NCBI GenBank assembly: GCA_965221905.1
Contig: OZ244922.1
Span: 2,080,001 to 2,144,000 of the forward strand
Length of the DNA: 64,000 nucleotides
Direction: 5' to 3'
Origin: Chloroflexota bacterium
GTDB lineage: Bacteria > Chloroflexota > UBA11872 > VXOZ01
This document shows positions 19,292 through 31,582 of this stretch, one piece after another; the stretch's first letter is position 1, and each line of letters starts with the position of its first letter. The translations under genes were made by a program, and so were the position numbers. The notes beneath the pieces were generated by a model. The model worked only from the letters and a program-made list of their open reading frames with translations, was not told the origin of the DNA and did no database searches.

Positions 19292-21898
19292 GTGAGCAAG
19301 CGCTGGCACACGCATGCGCTTCTGTTCTCACTGTTTTTCCTGATTCAAGTAGCTCTGGCACACGCGCGTGAGCAGCCGTTGAGAATGTCGGATGAGGCGG
19401 TCTTCTTGGCGAATGCCCTCTATCTCTCTGGTAGCGCTCCCATGCCTACTCTTCACGGGGCACACTATTCGGCTTTTGGCTACTCCCTATTCCTAGTCCC
19501 AGCCTTCTGGGTTTTCGACCATCCCCATACAATTTACTTTGCAAGTCTGGTTATCAGTGCGCTCCTCATGAGCACGCTTTACTTAGGCCTATACTATGTC
19601 TTGACATCCTTACTCGGTTCGCCGTCGCGCTACTCTGCTCTCGCCGCAATCTTTACCTGTCTCTATCCACCTTTCCTGCTACGTGCCAACTTCGCCTGGG
19701 CTGACGCTGCCTACTTGCCGGGCTTCGTGTTTCTTGTAGCTCTTTTCGGAATTCTGTTGCGTCAGAAATCTGTGCGCACTGCAATTCTCTTCGGCTTGCT
19801 CCTGGGCTTTATGTATACTATTCACTCTCGCTCGTTGCCTCTCATTCCAATTGCCGCACTCTATCTTGTCATCCTCGGCCTTGTGCGTAGTTTGCCATGG
19901 CGGACGGTGGGCGCCGCACTAACTGCTACCGGTGTGATTTTCATCGGCACTCGTCTTGCAATAAACCATCTGAGAATAGCTAGCGGCACTGCCATCCCGC
20001 AGAACCCGGTAAGTCCGATATTCGCCTACTTCTTCTCTGCGGAAGGATTCTATGCATTCGTCGTCAAGGCCAACGAATACTTGCTATACCTTGTCCAGAC
20101 ATCCTACGGACTCTTTCCCATTGGCGTGCTGGCCGCCGGCTACGTGCTCTGGGGGCGGCGCCGTAATGAACTTAGCAGCCTTGTCAAAGACGTGCCCAGT
20201 GCAACAATTGTGTTCTTCATATTGACTTGGCTGGGTACGCTTACGCTCGGCGCTGCATTTGTTGCATCGGGTCAGGAACGGGCACAGTTTCTGATTGGAG
20301 GGCGTTACATTGATGGTGTTTCCGCCATCTTTTTCGGGCTTGGTCTTGTTACCATCCTGCGGGAAAAGCAATGGTCGCCTTGGCGCTTAGCTACTGTCGT
20401 TGTCCTATTGCTTGCAGGAAGCACCCTCGCGGCTACTTTGGGCTCGTCTCTATTCTCAACAAGCGTATTTGAAGCGAGTGCCTATCCCTTTCTTAGAATT
20501 TTGGGGCCTACGCCGCTCGCTCTGGTTGTTGCCTCTGCTGTAGCTGCTGTGGGCTTTGTGTGCTTCTCTCTCGCCCGCGGTCGCTGGCGTTTCCTCGCCG
20601 TCGCCGCCATTGCCTGCCTCTTCCTCCTTACCAGCGCCTTCGGCTACTTCTCCGCTATCCTCCCGCTCCAAGAGCGTGTCGCCCGCTCCTCCACCCTCGC
20701 TGCCTACATCCGTACTTACCTCGGCTCCCCTCCCACCATCGCCTACGACACCACTTACTATCATCCGTTGACTTACTTCACTTACGAATACCTCCTGCCG
20801 CACACACGGTTTATTCCCTTTGACGGCGCTGCGGGCGAACTACCGCCGGCTCCCATCGTCATCAGTAGCCGCTACTGGAAAGACGCCGATACCTTAGACG
20901 CACGCTTCTGGCAGGCTGAACACCATGTCCCTCTCGTCGGCGCCGATCAAGCCCTCTGGACACTCCCCGGCCCTGTTCAGTCTGCCCTGCTTCCACACCT
21001 GGACTACGCCAATGCCGTCCTCGGCCTCCATGCCCTCCCTGCCTGGAGCATCGTGACCCCTGCCGGCATTGCCGTCCAACCCTCCTGGGGTCTGCGCCAG
21101 CACGGCCTCTTCCACCCTACCGATTACAGTGATACTATCCCGCCAGTCCGGTTCACTTCCCTTGCCTCTTTCCATGTACCCACCGCAGACCACCCACCGC
21201 AAGCCCTCCTCCTCAACCTCATCAGTACCGTCAATCAAGACACTCCTCTGCGCGTCCAGGTCAACGAACATACCCTCTTCGCTAATTCCATCCCTCCCGG
21301 CAACTGGTGCCACCTCTTCCCCCTCCACTCCTCTCCAAACGCTTCACTCACCCATGTCCAACTTAGCCTGCCCTCCGCTGACAGCACGCAACCGGCTCTC
21401 ATGGTCGTGCGCGGCATCACCCTGCTCGATCATGTCCCAGCACAGCACCATTCCCTTACCGCCGATCCCCTTCCTCCCAGCGCCTACCGCTCACGCCTCA
21501 CTCTCCTCTCTCCTCCCTATCCCCAACCAATCGTGCGCGGCGCCATGGCTTCCCTGCGTCTCACTGTGACTAATACCGGCGACCACACCTGGCCCACTCC
21601 CTGCGAAATCGGCCAAACTCCCGCCGCCGTCCAGCTCGGCATCCTCTGGTTCCCCTTGCACACCACTAACCGTGACTTCTCCTCTCACGTGGCTGAAGGG
21701 AGAACTGCCCTGCCCTACGCTCTCGCTCCCGGCTCCTCCATCAGCCTCACCGCCATCCTCGCTCCCTTCACACAAGCTGGCGATCCACTGCCTCCCGGTG
21801 AATATGAAGTCTGGATCGGCCCCGTCCAAGAAGGCATCGCATGGTTCTTCCAACATGGCGACAACGTGCTTAAAGTGCCAGTAACAGTAGTACACTAA
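19292..21898 (+). CDS. Large polytopic membrane protein, probable GT-C-fold glycosyltransferase with C-terminal extracytoplasmic Ig-like domain(s)
   Basis: DE motif after TM1 (MSDEAVF), many TM helices, C-terminal LTVTNTG..TWP...LAPG...PPGEY...VQEG.AWF Ig-like signature. Confidence 0.72.
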   Translation: MSKRWHTHALLFSLFFLIQVALAHAREQPLRMSDEAVFLANALYLSGSAPMPTLHGAHYSAFGYSLFLVPAFWVFDHPHTIYFASLVISALLMSTLYLGLYYVLTSLLGSPSRYSALAAIFTCLYPPFLLRANFAWADAAYLPGFVFLVALFGILLRQKSVRTAILFGLLLGFMYTIHSRSLPLIPIAALYLVILGLVRSLPWRTVGAALTATGVIFIGTRLAINHLRIASGTAIPQNPVSPIFAYFFSAEGFYAFVVKANEYLLYLVQTSYGLFPIGVLAAGYVLWGRRRNELSSLVKDVPSATIVFFILTWLGTLTLGAAFVASGQERAQFLIGGRYIDGVSAIFFGLGLVTILREKQWSPWRLATVVVLLLAGSTLAATLGSSLFSTSVFEASAYPFLRILGPTPLALVVASAVAAVGFVCFSLARGRWRFLAVAAIACLFLLTSAFGYFSAILPLQERVARSSTLAAYIRTYLGSPPTIAYDTTYYHPLTYFTYEYLLPHTRFIPFDGAAGELPPAPIVISSRYWKDADTLDARFWQAEHHVPLVGADQALWTLPGPVQSALLPHLDYANAVLGLHALPAWSIVTPAGIAVQPSWGLRQHGLFHPTDYSDTIPPVRFTSLASFHVPTADHPPQALLLNLISTVNQDTPLRVQVNEHTLFANSIPPGNWCHLFPLHSSPNASLTHVQLSLPSADSTQPALMVVRGITLLDHVPAQHHSLTADPLPPSAYRSRLTLLSPPYPQPIVRGAMASLRLTVTNTGDHTWPTPCEIGQTPAAVQLGILWFPLHTTNRDFSSHVAEGRTALPYALAPGSSISLTAILAPFTQAGDPLPPGEYEVWIGPVQEGIAWFFQHGDNVLKVPVTVVH

Positions 21899-22045
21899 CC
21901 CTTGCGTTGCGTAAGAACTCTAATGGGCAATTGTCCAGGCAGAGCAAAGAGCTTCGGACAGCACGAGCCGCAGACCTATTGCTCTCAATCGAATGGCAAT
22001 TGAGGCGTGGATTGGCGCAAGACCAAATGACAGGAGTATGACACA

Positions 22046-23173
22046 GTGTCTAACCCTCCGACGATCGGCGTACTTGGCATAGGACAGCGCGGACTGCAGC
22101 ACCTTGCAGCGCTTTGGCGCTTGCAGGAGATGGAGCTCGCGCGAATAGTCGCTCTTGCGGACATGCACCCGCCGAATCTGGAAGAAGCCAAGATTCGGCG
22201 GTATATTCCGGACTACCGGCAAGGAGAGATTCGCTGTTACAACGCATTCGATAGGCTCATGGCTGAAGAAGAATTGGACGCGCTCTACGTTTGCATTCCC
22301 CCGAACCGCCACAACGGGGAAGTCGTCTGCGCAGCAGAACGGGGCATACACCTCTTCGTGGAAAAACCCATGAGTCTCGTCCTCGATGAGGCTCTCGCTA
22401 TGAATGCCGCCATCAAGCGCAGCGGTGTGATCGCCGCCGTAGGTTTCCAGCAACGTTACGATGCATGGCATGCCGCTATGCACGAGTATCTACAAGGAAA
22501 GCGCGTCGTAATGGCTACCATGGTGCATACGGGCAACGTGGAGAGCCACAATGCAAAACACACGCCGACCGAAGCCCTTGGCGGACCGGCCAGCCGGGTG
22601 TGGACCGCGTATCAAGATTGGTCCGGCAACAGCGTTGTGGAAGCCGGCATTCACCAGACCGACCTGATGCGCTTCTGGTGCGGCGAGATTGACTCGGTAC
22701 AAGCAAACTATGTGCCTCGCGACCCCGCTCTTGTCGCTACCGAGGGCGATAATCCGATGGCGTATAGCGTAACCTACACTTTTGCGAATGGAGCGGTAGG
22801 CCATCTCATTATGTCGCGTTTAGCGGGCGTCTTTCACCAGGAGGCCTACATGCACGTACTTTGGGATCACGGCCATCTCAGCGTGGAATCGAGTGGGCCG
22901 GTCGCCTACTTCTACGATGGCGCGTATCCGCCCGGGGCACCTCCGGCCGCTGAAGTCTTGCGCCATCCCTTGCAGGCAGGGGATCGCGGTGACTCCACGT
23001 TCGAGGTGAATCGTGCCTTTGTGCAAGCGGTTGCACACCATGATCCTTCAGCCGTCCGCAGCCCGTTCCACGACGCCATGCATAGCCTTGCCGCCGTCCT
23101 TGGCGCGAATATTTCTAGTATGCGCAACGGCGCGCGCGTATCCTTAGAAGAGCTCTTAAGAAGCCCCCGTTAA
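22046..23173 (+). CDS. Gfo/Idh/MocA family oxidoreductase
   Basis: GIGQRG, HLFVEKP, VGFQQRY, IHQTD. Confidence 0.88.
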   Translation: MSNPPTIGVLGIGQRGLQHLAALWRLQEMELARIVALADMHPPNLEEAKIRRYIPDYRQGEIRCYNAFDRLMAEEELDALYVCIPPNRHNGEVVCAAERGIHLFVEKPMSLVLDEALAMNAAIKRSGVIAAVGFQQRYDAWHAAMHEYLQGKRVVMATMVHTGNVESHNAKHTPTEALGGPASRVWTAYQDWSGNSVVEAGIHQTDLMRFWCGEIDSVQANYVPRDPALVATEGDNPMAYSVTYTFANGAVGHLIMSRLAGVFHQEAYMHVLWDHGHLSVESSGPVAYFYDGAYPPGAPPAAEVLRHPLQAGDRGDSTFEVNRAFVQAVAHHDPSAVRSPFHDAMHSLAAVLGANISSMRNGARVSLEELLRSPR

Positions 23174-23280
23174 GGCGCCTTCAGCGGAACACTTAGAGGG
23201 TCTCGCGCAAAGGTAGACAAATCGAAAAGCTTGTGAAATAATGCACATGCATTTGGATGCATGCACTTGCGCTGGATGCT

Positions 23281-23309
23281 TTGAGGCGATTATGAGCGTA
23301 TGCTATACT
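23281..23309 (+). promoter_or_regulatory. Candidate sigma70 promoter of the atp operon
   Basis: TTGAGG-17bp-TATACT with extended -10 TG. Confidence 0.55.
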
Positions 23310-23329
23310 TGCTTGACGCAAGAAGAAGG

Positions 23330-23560
23330 ATGATGCCGCCACAGCCCAAGAAGCGCATCGAAATCGGCCCGCTGCGAGCCGGGATGTTCGCAATCCAGTT
23401 CGGCTTCGTCGTGGGCAGCTTTGTGCTTGGCGGAGTTTGGGCTGGAAACTATCTTGACGAGCGATTTGGCACGTCGCCGCTATTGGTGATCTTGGGCATG
23501 CTGGCAGGGCTTCTTTTCAGCTTCGGTACGCTGTACCAGCTCTATCGCATGCAGATATAG
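23330..23560 (+). CDS. AtpZ/AtpI family protein
   Basis: Two TM, G.YLDERFGTSP motif, first gene of the atp operon. Confidence 0.85.
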   Translation: MMPPQPKKRIEIGPLRAGMFAIQFGFVVGSFVLGGVWAGNYLDERFGTSPLLVILGMLAGLLFSFGTLYQLYRMQI

Positions 23561-23568
23561 GGAACACT

Positions 23569-24336
23569 ATGGACTTTCTGGAAGTCATCGGCTTCAAGGG
23601 ACTGCACATTTCACTGGCTGCGGAGCCGCTGTTTCACATAGGTCCGGTTACGATCACGAATACCATCTTTACAGCTTGGATCGTGATGGCGCTCCTCGTG
23701 ATAGCGTCATTCTTGGCCACGCGCAAGATGCAATTGGTGCCAAGCGGCCTCCAGAACTTTGCGGAGGCCATCGTGGAAATGCTCTACGACATCGTTGAAG
23801 GGGTCTTGGGAGACCGCGCACGCAGAATTTTCCCCATCATTGCCACGTTCTTCATCTACATCGTGGTTGCGAACTGGATGGGGTTGCTACCGGGGTTCAA
23901 CAGCATTGGCGTTTGGGAGCACGATGCGGAGGGTCATGAACTCTTCATACCGATATTCCGCGCAGCCAATAGCGATCTCAATATGACCGTTGGGATGGCG
24001 CTCATCGCCTTTATTCTCATTCACTCCGCCGGCGTTATCGTCCACAAGCCGCTTGGCTACCTCAAACATTTGGCCGGCCCCCTGCCCATCCTTATTATCA
24101 TCAACGTCGCGATTGAAGCCTTTGTGCCTGTATCGCTTTCCGTGCGTCTTTTTGGCAATATCTTCGCCGGTGAAGTGTTGCTCCTGGTTATGCGCCTGCC
24201 AGTGGTCGGAGCCGCATTCATGGTCTTGGAGGTGTTATTCGGTCTGATCCAGGCGCTCATCTTCACCATGCTTTCGCTGATTTTCCTCGGGCTGGCGATG
24301 AGTGGAGAGCATGAACAAGAAGAAGCACACGCATAG
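23569..24336 (+). CDS. atpB: ATP synthase F0 subunit a
   Basis: PSGLQN, SLSVRLFGNIFAGE, IQALIF. Confidence 0.96.
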   Translation: MDFLEVIGFKGLHISLAAEPLFHIGPVTITNTIFTAWIVMALLVIASFLATRKMQLVPSGLQNFAEAIVEMLYDIVEGVLGDRARRIFPIIATFFIYIVVANWMGLLPGFNSIGVWEHDAEGHELFIPIFRAANSDLNMTVGMALIAFILIHSAGVIVHKPLGYLKHLAGPLPILIIINVAIEAFVPVSLSVRLFGNIFAGEVLLLVMRLPVVGAAFMVLEVLFGLIQALIFTMLSLIFLGLAMSGEHEQEEAHA

Positions 24337-24411
24337 GTTTCAGTTGGAGTAAGAGCAGTTAGGTTACACGTACCGATCCAGTAGAGGTCACAGTAAGGAG
24401 AAGAGGATTTC

Positions 24412-24642
24412 ATGGAACCGGAAACTGCTGCAAAGTTGGCTGCGGGAATTGCCATGGGCGTCGGCGCCATCGGTCCCGGTTTGGGTATCGGTATCGCCGT
24501 TCGCGGCGCGATGGAAGCAATCGGCCGCAACCCGGAAGCAGCGAATGACGTGCGCAACACCCTTATCATCGGCGCGGGCTTGGCGGAAGCAATCGCCATC
24601 TATTCGTTGCTCACGGCAATTCTGCTTATCTTCCTCGGCTAA
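24412..24642 (+). CDS. atpE: ATP synthase F0 subunit c
   Basis: GIG repeats, GRNPE, LAEA proton-binding Glu. Confidence 0.97.
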   Translation: MEPETAAKLAAGIAMGVGAIGPGLGIGIAVRGAMEAIGRNPEAANDVRNTLIIGAGLAEAIAIYSLLTAILLIFLG

Positions 24643-24714
24643 CGCACCGAGTCGGCAACAACCGACCGAGGCTAGATTAGTGTCACACTAGGAAACAAGG
24701 GAGAACGTATTGCT

Positions 24715-25209
24715 ATGGGCGAGCTGGGGATCAACCCGTTCTATCTCGCCTTCCAAATTATCAATTTCCTGATTCTTGTCTTTCTGCTGCATCGCATTCT
24801 CTACCGACCCGTGCTGAATATACTCGATCAACGGAAAGAGCGTATCCGCGAGGGTCAGGAGGCGGCGGAGCGAGCGCGCACCGAAGCGGAGCAACTCCGA
24901 CAAGAGTACGAGCAACAGCTTGAAGAATCGCGCGCGCATGCGCGTAAGATAATTGATGATGCGGCGGCAGCGGCTGAACGCTTACGTGATGAGAGTGTCG
25001 TCAGCGCCCAGCAGGAGGCGCAGCGCATTCTTGATCGGGCTCGGGAGGAACTCCGCGCTGAGACTGAGTACGCTCGTCGAGAACTGCGACATGAAGTAGC
25101 ATCTCTTTCCGTAGCAGTGGCCGGGAAGCTCATTCAAGATAGCCTCGATACAGAGAAGAATCGCGAGCTTGTGGCGCGCCTCATTTCAGATATGGAAGAG
25201 CCAACGTGA
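24715..25209 (+). CDS. atpF: ATP synthase F0 subunit b
   Basis: QIINFLIL TM followed by coiled coil; operon position. Confidence 0.95.
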   Translation: MGELGINPFYLAFQIINFLILVFLLHRILYRPVLNILDQRKERIREGQEAAERARTEAEQLRQEYEQQLEESRAHARKIIDDAAAAAERLRDESVVSAQQEAQRILDRAREELRAETEYARRELRHEVASLSVAVAGKLIQDSLDTEKNRELVARLISDMEEPT

Positions 25210-25739
25210 GCAGTTCCATCAATGTGCGTCGCTACACGCGTGGTGTGTTGCACTACGCTGAGCAAACGAACACCCTCGACCTGTGGCGACGCGATTTTCC
25301 GGTTCTCCTAGCGATTGGTGAGGATCGGACGGTGCGAAAGTTCTTAGAAAACCCGCGCCTTTCAGTAGCTAGGCGTTTGGAAGTCGTTCTTGGGTCTATT
25401 GGCGACCATGTCTCTGCCGCCGGTCAAGAGTTGTTGCGCGTTCTTATCGAAGATCGCGCAGTGCGCATTCTGCCGCAACTCGCAAGGCAAGTTTTGCGGG
25501 AAGCTGACCGCATCGAAGGAATTGCGCGTGTGCACGTGACCAGCGCTGAATCCCTGACTGAAGACCTGCGCGAGAAACTTCAGGGATCCCTGGGAAGGGA
25601 CGGCCGAAAGGTTATCTTGGAGGAATCAGTAGATCCCGCAATCATCGGCGGCTTGATCCTGCGTGAGGAAGACCGCTTACTCGATCTCAGTGTCAATGCG
25701 TCGCTCAGAGCGATGGAGGAGCAATTGGCGCGCGTATGA
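25206..25739 (+). CDS. atpH: ATP synthase F1 subunit delta
   Basis: [23 protein letters not shown]. Confidence 0.9.
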   Translation: MSSSINVRRYTRGVLHYAEQTNTLDLWRRDFPVLLAIGEDRTVRKFLENPRLSVARRLEVVLGSIGDHVSAAGQELLRVLIEDRAVRILPQLARQVLREADRIEGIARVHVTSAESLTEDLREKLQGSLGRDGRKVILEESVDPAIIGGLILREEDRLLDLSVNASLRAMEEQLARV

Positions 25740-25770
25740 CTGCGCCGGTATGAAAAGGAGAGAGGGCCTC

Positions 25771-27303
25771 TTGAGCATCAAATCTGAAGATATTGCCTCA
25801 GTGCTACGCCAGCAAATTGAATCGTTCGATCGCCCGAGCGAGGCGGTTAACGTGGGCACAGTCGTTGAAGCGGGGGACGGCATCGCTCGTATCTTCGGCC
25901 TTTCAGGAGTAATGAGTAGCGAGATTCTGGAGTTTTCCAACGGTGTATTCGGTTTGGCGCTCAACCTAGAGGAAGACACCGTCGGCGCGGTCATTATGGG
26001 CCCTTATGAGGAGATTAAAGAGGGTGATGAGGTACGGGGCACAGGTCGTGTCATGTCGGTGCCAATTGGCCCGGAACTGGCGGGCCGTGTGGTCAACTCG
26101 CTGGGCCATCCTGTTGACGGCAAAGGGCCGATCAATACCGCTGAGACCAGTGTTATCGAGAAGGTAGCTCCCGGTGTAGTTACCCGTGAGAGCGTGAATG
26201 TCCCGTTGCAAACCGGCATCAAGGCCATCGACTCGATGATTCCGATCGGCCGCGGCCAGCGTGAGCTCATCATTGGCGACCGGCAAACGGGCAAGACAGC
26301 TATCGCCCTCGACACCATCATCAACCAAAAGGGCAAGGGCGTAACCTGCATATACGTCGCAATCGGCCAGAAACAGTCTGACATCGCCAACGTGACGGCG
26401 ATTCTCGATCGCCATGGTGCGATGGACCACACCATCATCATAGCCGCAGGCGCGTCTGATCCCGCGGCATTGCTCTACTTAGCCCCATTTACGGGCTGCA
26501 CCATGGGCGAATACTTCCGAGATAGAGGCCAGGATGCTCTTGTCATTTATGACGACCTAAGCAAGCACGCGTGGGCCTATCGTCAGGTCTCCTTGCTGCT
26601 CCGACGCCCGCCGGGCCGTGAGGCTTATCCGGGTGACGTCTTCTACCTGCACTCGCGTTTGCTGGAACGCGCTTCCTGCCTTAACGAGAACTATGGCGGC
26701 GGCACGTTGACTGCTCTCCCCATCATCGAGACCCAGGCCGGTGACGTCTCGGCCTACATTCCCACCAACGTGATTTCCATTACGGACGGCCAGATCTATC
26801 TTGAGCCGGATCTCTTTTACGCCGGCCAGCGCCCTGCGGTTAATGCCGGTATTTCGGTGTCGCGTGTCGGCGGTGACGCACAGACTAAAGCGATGAAGCA
26901 GGTTGCCGGTCGACTGCGGTTGGACATGGCGCAATACCGCGAACTTGCCGCATTTGCGCAGATTGGTTCCGACCTTGACCGTGTCACACGACAGCAACTT
27001 GAACGCGGACAGCGGGCAATGGAACTTTTGAAGCAACCCCAATACGCCCCACTCCCGGTTGAGAACCAGGTCATCACCATTTATGCATTGAATGCCGGCG
27101 AACTTGACGACGTTGCGGTGAGCGACATCAGCCGCTTCGAAGCCGAGTTGATGCAATATATCTCTGCCAGCCACCACGAGTTGGGAGATGAGATCAGGGA
27201 GTCTCAGACCCTCTCCGATGAAATTGAAGAGAAGCTGACGGCAGCAGTCAAGCAATTCAAGCAGGATGTATTCCAGCCTGCCGTGCAAACAGGAGCAGCG
27301 TAA
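25771..27303 (+). CDS. atpA: ATP synthase F1 subunit alpha
   Basis: [29 protein letters not shown]; probable TTG start after an AAGGAG/GAGGG RBS. Confidence 0.97.
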   Translation: MSIKSEDIASVLRQQIESFDRPSEAVNVGTVVEAGDGIARIFGLSGVMSSEILEFSNGVFGLALNLEEDTVGAVIMGPYEEIKEGDEVRGTGRVMSVPIGPELAGRVVNSLGHPVDGKGPINTAETSVIEKVAPGVVTRESVNVPLQTGIKAIDSMIPIGRGQRELIIGDRQTGKTAIALDTIINQKGKGVTCIYVAIGQKQSDIANVTAILDRHGAMDHTIIIAAGASDPAALLYLAPFTGCTMGEYFRDRGQDALVIYDDLSKHAWAYRQVSLLLRRPPGREAYPGDVFYLHSRLLERASCLNENYGGGTLTALPIIETQAGDVSAYIPTNVISITDGQIYLEPDLFYAGQRPAVNAGISVSRVGGDAQTKAMKQVAGRLRLDMAQYRELAAFAQIGSDLDRVTRQQLERGQRAMELLKQPQYAPLPVENQVITIYALNAGELDDVAVSDISRFEAELMQYISASHHELGDEIRESQTLSDEIEEKLTAAVKQFKQDVFQPAVQTGAA

Positions 27304-28185
27304 GTGCCGAGTATTCGTCAACTGCGGCGGCGAATTCGCGGAGTTCAGAACACCCGCCAGATCACGCGTGCGATGGAGCTTGTGGCTTCAAGCCGTTTGC
27401 GCCGCGCTCAGGAGCTGGTGTTAGCCTCGCGTCCCTATGCAGAACGGATCCGGTTGGTAATCAACAACCTGGCGGCAGTCAGCGGCGCACAGGAACTCCA
27501 TCCCCTGCTTCAAGTCCGCCCGGTATCTCGCGCTGCAGTGATTCTCTTCACTACCAGTCGTGGCCTGTGCGGCAGCCTGAATTCCAACATGGTACGGGCT
27601 GTGGTCCGCTTCATTCTCGATCGCGGCGTGTCCGTTGACATTTTTGCCGTGGGCACAAAGGGACCGGCTCTGTTGCGGTCTGTTGGACTGAGTGACGCGG
27701 TTTCGGCGCAATATCAGGACTTGGGCAACTACCCTAACTTGGCGGACATTCTGCCGATTTCTCGCAGCACCATCGAAGGATATACAACCCAAGAGTATGA
27801 TGAAGTTTATGTTGGGTATTCCCAATTCGTGAACCTGATGCGTCAGGAGCCGACGCTGACACGGATCTTGCCAATTGCCCCAGATGAACTCGATAAGACT
27901 GAAGTCCGTGCTTTTCAGCAAGTTGATTACATCTATGAGCCAGATCCTGACGAGGTGCTCTCTACGCTTTTACCTCGGTTTATCGAAGCACAAATCTACC
28001 GAGCATTACTGGAGAACATTGCCAGCGAGCATAGTGCGCGTATGATCGCGATGCGCAACGCCACGGAAAATGCGGAGGAAATCCTGCAGGACCTAACGCT
28101 CACCTACAACAAGGTACGCCAGACCGCGATCACAAACGAGGTCATTGAGATTGCGACGGCAGCGAAAGCAATCGCCGGAGCATAG
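27304..28185 (+). CDS. atpG: ATP synthase F1 subunit gamma
   Basis: QITRAMELVA, RGLCG, SEHSARMIAM, RQTAITNE. Confidence 0.97.
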   Translation: MPSIRQLRRRIRGVQNTRQITRAMELVASSRLRRAQELVLASRPYAERIRLVINNLAAVSGAQELHPLLQVRPVSRAAVILFTTSRGLCGSLNSNMVRAVVRFILDRGVSVDIFAVGTKGPALLRSVGLSDAVSAQYQDLGNYPNLADILPISRSTIEGYTTQEYDEVYVGYSQFVNLMRQEPTLTRILPIAPDELDKTEVRAFQQVDYIYEPDPDEVLSTLLPRFIEAQIYRALLENIASEHSARMIAMRNATENAEEILQDLTLTYNKVRQTAITNEVIEIATAAKAIAGA

Positions 28186-28220
28186 AATTAATGTATGGTT
28201 TTGCAGCGATCCAGACTTAG

Positions 28221-29645
<1,425 letters not shown>

Positions 29646-29656
29646 GACTCCTAACT

Positions 29657-30091
29657 ATGGCCTCGCTACGACTTGAAATCATAACTGCCGAGCGCATTGT
29701 CCTCACGGAGGAGATGGTGGAGTCCGTGCGCGTGCCGGGGGCTGACGGCGTGGTTGGGATCTTGCCGCGCCACGCACCGCTAATGACTGCACTGGCGCCG
29801 GGTGAACTCATTATGCGCAAGGGTGAGGAAGAGGAGTCCTTTTTCGTTACGGGAGGATTCCTGGAAGTGCGAGATAACCAGGTAGCAGTTCTGGCGGATG
29901 CTTCCGAGCGAGCCGAGGAAATTGACATTGCTCGCGCAGAAGAGGCGCGCCATCGCGCTGAAGAAGCACTCAGCGAGAAGAAAGATGGCGCAGAGCTTGC
30001 GGCCGCCGAGGCGGCAATGCGTCGCGCATTGATTCGATTGCGCCTGGCGCAACAAGCAAGACGCAGGCGAGGTCCCAGACGGGCACAATAG
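29657..30091 (+). CDS. atpC: ATP synthase F1 subunit epsilon
   Basis: GILPRHAP, GGFLEV, EIDIARAE. Confidence 0.96.
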   Translation: MASLRLEIITAERIVLTEEMVESVRVPGADGVVGILPRHAPLMTALAPGELIMRKGEEEESFFVTGGFLEVRDNQVAVLADASERAEEIDIARAEEARHRAEEALSEKKDGAELAAAEAAMRRALIRLRLAQQARRRRGPRRAQ

Positions 30092-30141
30092 GCATTGCAG
30101 TAGGATTCTGACGATCAACAACGTCTTAAGTTTGTGCAGCG

Positions 30142-30174
30142 TGGCAGTCGCCAGCATGGCAGTCGTCAGCATGG
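30142..30174. repeat. Tandem 15-bp direct repeat (2.2 copies)
   Basis: TGGCAGTCGCCAGCA / TGGCAGTCGTCAGCA / TGG in the atpC-murA spacer. Confidence 0.7.
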
Positions 30175-30293
30175 ATTTGTTGCGAACATCACCCATCTTT
30201 CTTCCTGTACGTAGGCCCGTTTACTCTCTATCTACAGCCTAATGTTGCCGGGTAATTGTCGGTGCGTGCGATCTTCTTCTGGAGCAGCTCACT

Positions 30294-31574
30294 ATGACAG
30301 CGCTGGAGCAACGAACGCAGGGCGACAACGCTATCGTGCGGGGCGGCCGGCGTTTGACGGGCGAGGTGCGAGCGCGGGGATCAAAGAACTGCGCTCTTCC
30401 TCTGATGGCTGCCGCCCTACTTACGAAAGAAACGTGCGTACTGCACAACCCGCCATTCATTCGCGACGTCGCGGCAATGGCCGATCTGCTCACTAGCTTG
30501 GGCGCTCGCGTTGAACTAGATGAGAAACAGCGCACGATTACGATAACTGCAGACAAGATTACTTCTACGCGCACCCCAACGGCAATAGCAGCAAGTTTTC
30601 GGGCGTCGTTTCTCGTAACCGGCCCGCTGCTTTCTCGAGCCGGAGAAGCATCCTCAGTGCATCCCGGCGGCTGCAAGATTGGCGAACGGCCCGTAAACGT
30701 GGATCTGCTCGGCTTTGAGGCAATGGGCGCCACGGTAGAAAGCCAAGAGCAAGACTATCGGTTGTCCGCCAAACGCCTGAACGGTGCTCGACTCTATCTT
30801 GATTATCCCAGTCATACCGGCACAGAAAACCTCATGCTCGCCGCCACATTGGCGCAAGGAACGAGCGTAATCAGGCATGCTTCTGCCGAACCGGAAGTTG
30901 TTGCATTGGCCGATTGCCTCAATGAGATGGGAGCGCGCGTCCGTGGCGCAGGAACGAACACCATTGAAATTGAAGGAGTAGAGAGTCTCCATGGCGCCGA
31001 ATGGGACGTCATACCCGATCGGCACGAAGCGGGTACTTTCGCGCTAGCCGCAGCTATGACTGGCGGAGCGGTGACAATTCACAATGTTATCTACGACCAC
31101 TTAGAGCCCGTGCTTTACAAACTTGCGCAGTGTGGTGTTACCATACAAGGAACATGCGATCCGATTACGGTTTCCTCGAATGATCGTCTGCGAGCCGTAG
31201 AAGTACAAGCCATTCACTTTCCAGGTTTTCCCACAGACTTGCAGCCACAGATTTGCGCGCTGCTTACGCAGGCCAGCGGTGAGAGCGTCATCCACGAGCG
31301 CGTATTTGAAGCACGTTTCAACTACGTGGAAGAGTTGAGCAAGATGGGGGCCGATATCAACGTTTCAGGCGGGAAAGCGTATATTCATGGGCCAACGGTC
31401 TTGCGCGGCGCCACGGTACAAGCGCTCGATATTCGCTCCGGAGTCGCTCTCTTGCTCGCGGCACTGGCTGCCGAGGATACCACGCGCGTGAGGGATATGC
31501 ATCACGTTTATCGAGGATATGAGTCCCTTCCTGAAGACTTGATCGCTCTCGGCGCAAGCGTAGTAATGGAATAG
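30294..31574 (+). CDS. murA: UDP-N-acetylglucosamine 1-carboxyvinyltransferase
   Basis: [14 protein letters not shown] (catalytic Cys), GFPTDLQ, DIRSG, RGYE. Confidence 0.95.
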   Translation: MTALEQRTQGDNAIVRGGRRLTGEVRARGSKNCALPLMAAALLTKETCVLHNPPFIRDVAAMADLLTSLGARVELDEKQRTITITADKITSTRTPTAIAASFRASFLVTGPLLSRAGEASSVHPGGCKIGERPVNVDLLGFEAMGATVESQEQDYRLSAKRLNGARLYLDYPSHTGTENLMLAATLAQGTSVIRHASAEPEVVALADCLNEMGARVRGAGTNTIEIEGVESLHGAEWDVIPDRHEAGTFALAAAMTGGAVTIHNVIYDHLEPVLYKLAQCGVTIQGTCDPITVSSNDRLRAVEVQAIHFPGFPTDLQPQICALLTQASGESVIHERVFEARFNYVEELSKMGADINVSGGKAYIHGPTVLRGATVQALDIRSGVALLLAALAAEDTTRVRDMHHVYRGYESLPEDLIALGASVVME

Positions 31575-31582
31575 CTAGATTT

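Noticed and set aside
24412-24642. Possible Na+-coupled ATP synthase
   Set aside because: The c subunit lacks the Q...ES/T sodium-binding motif and looks proton-type.
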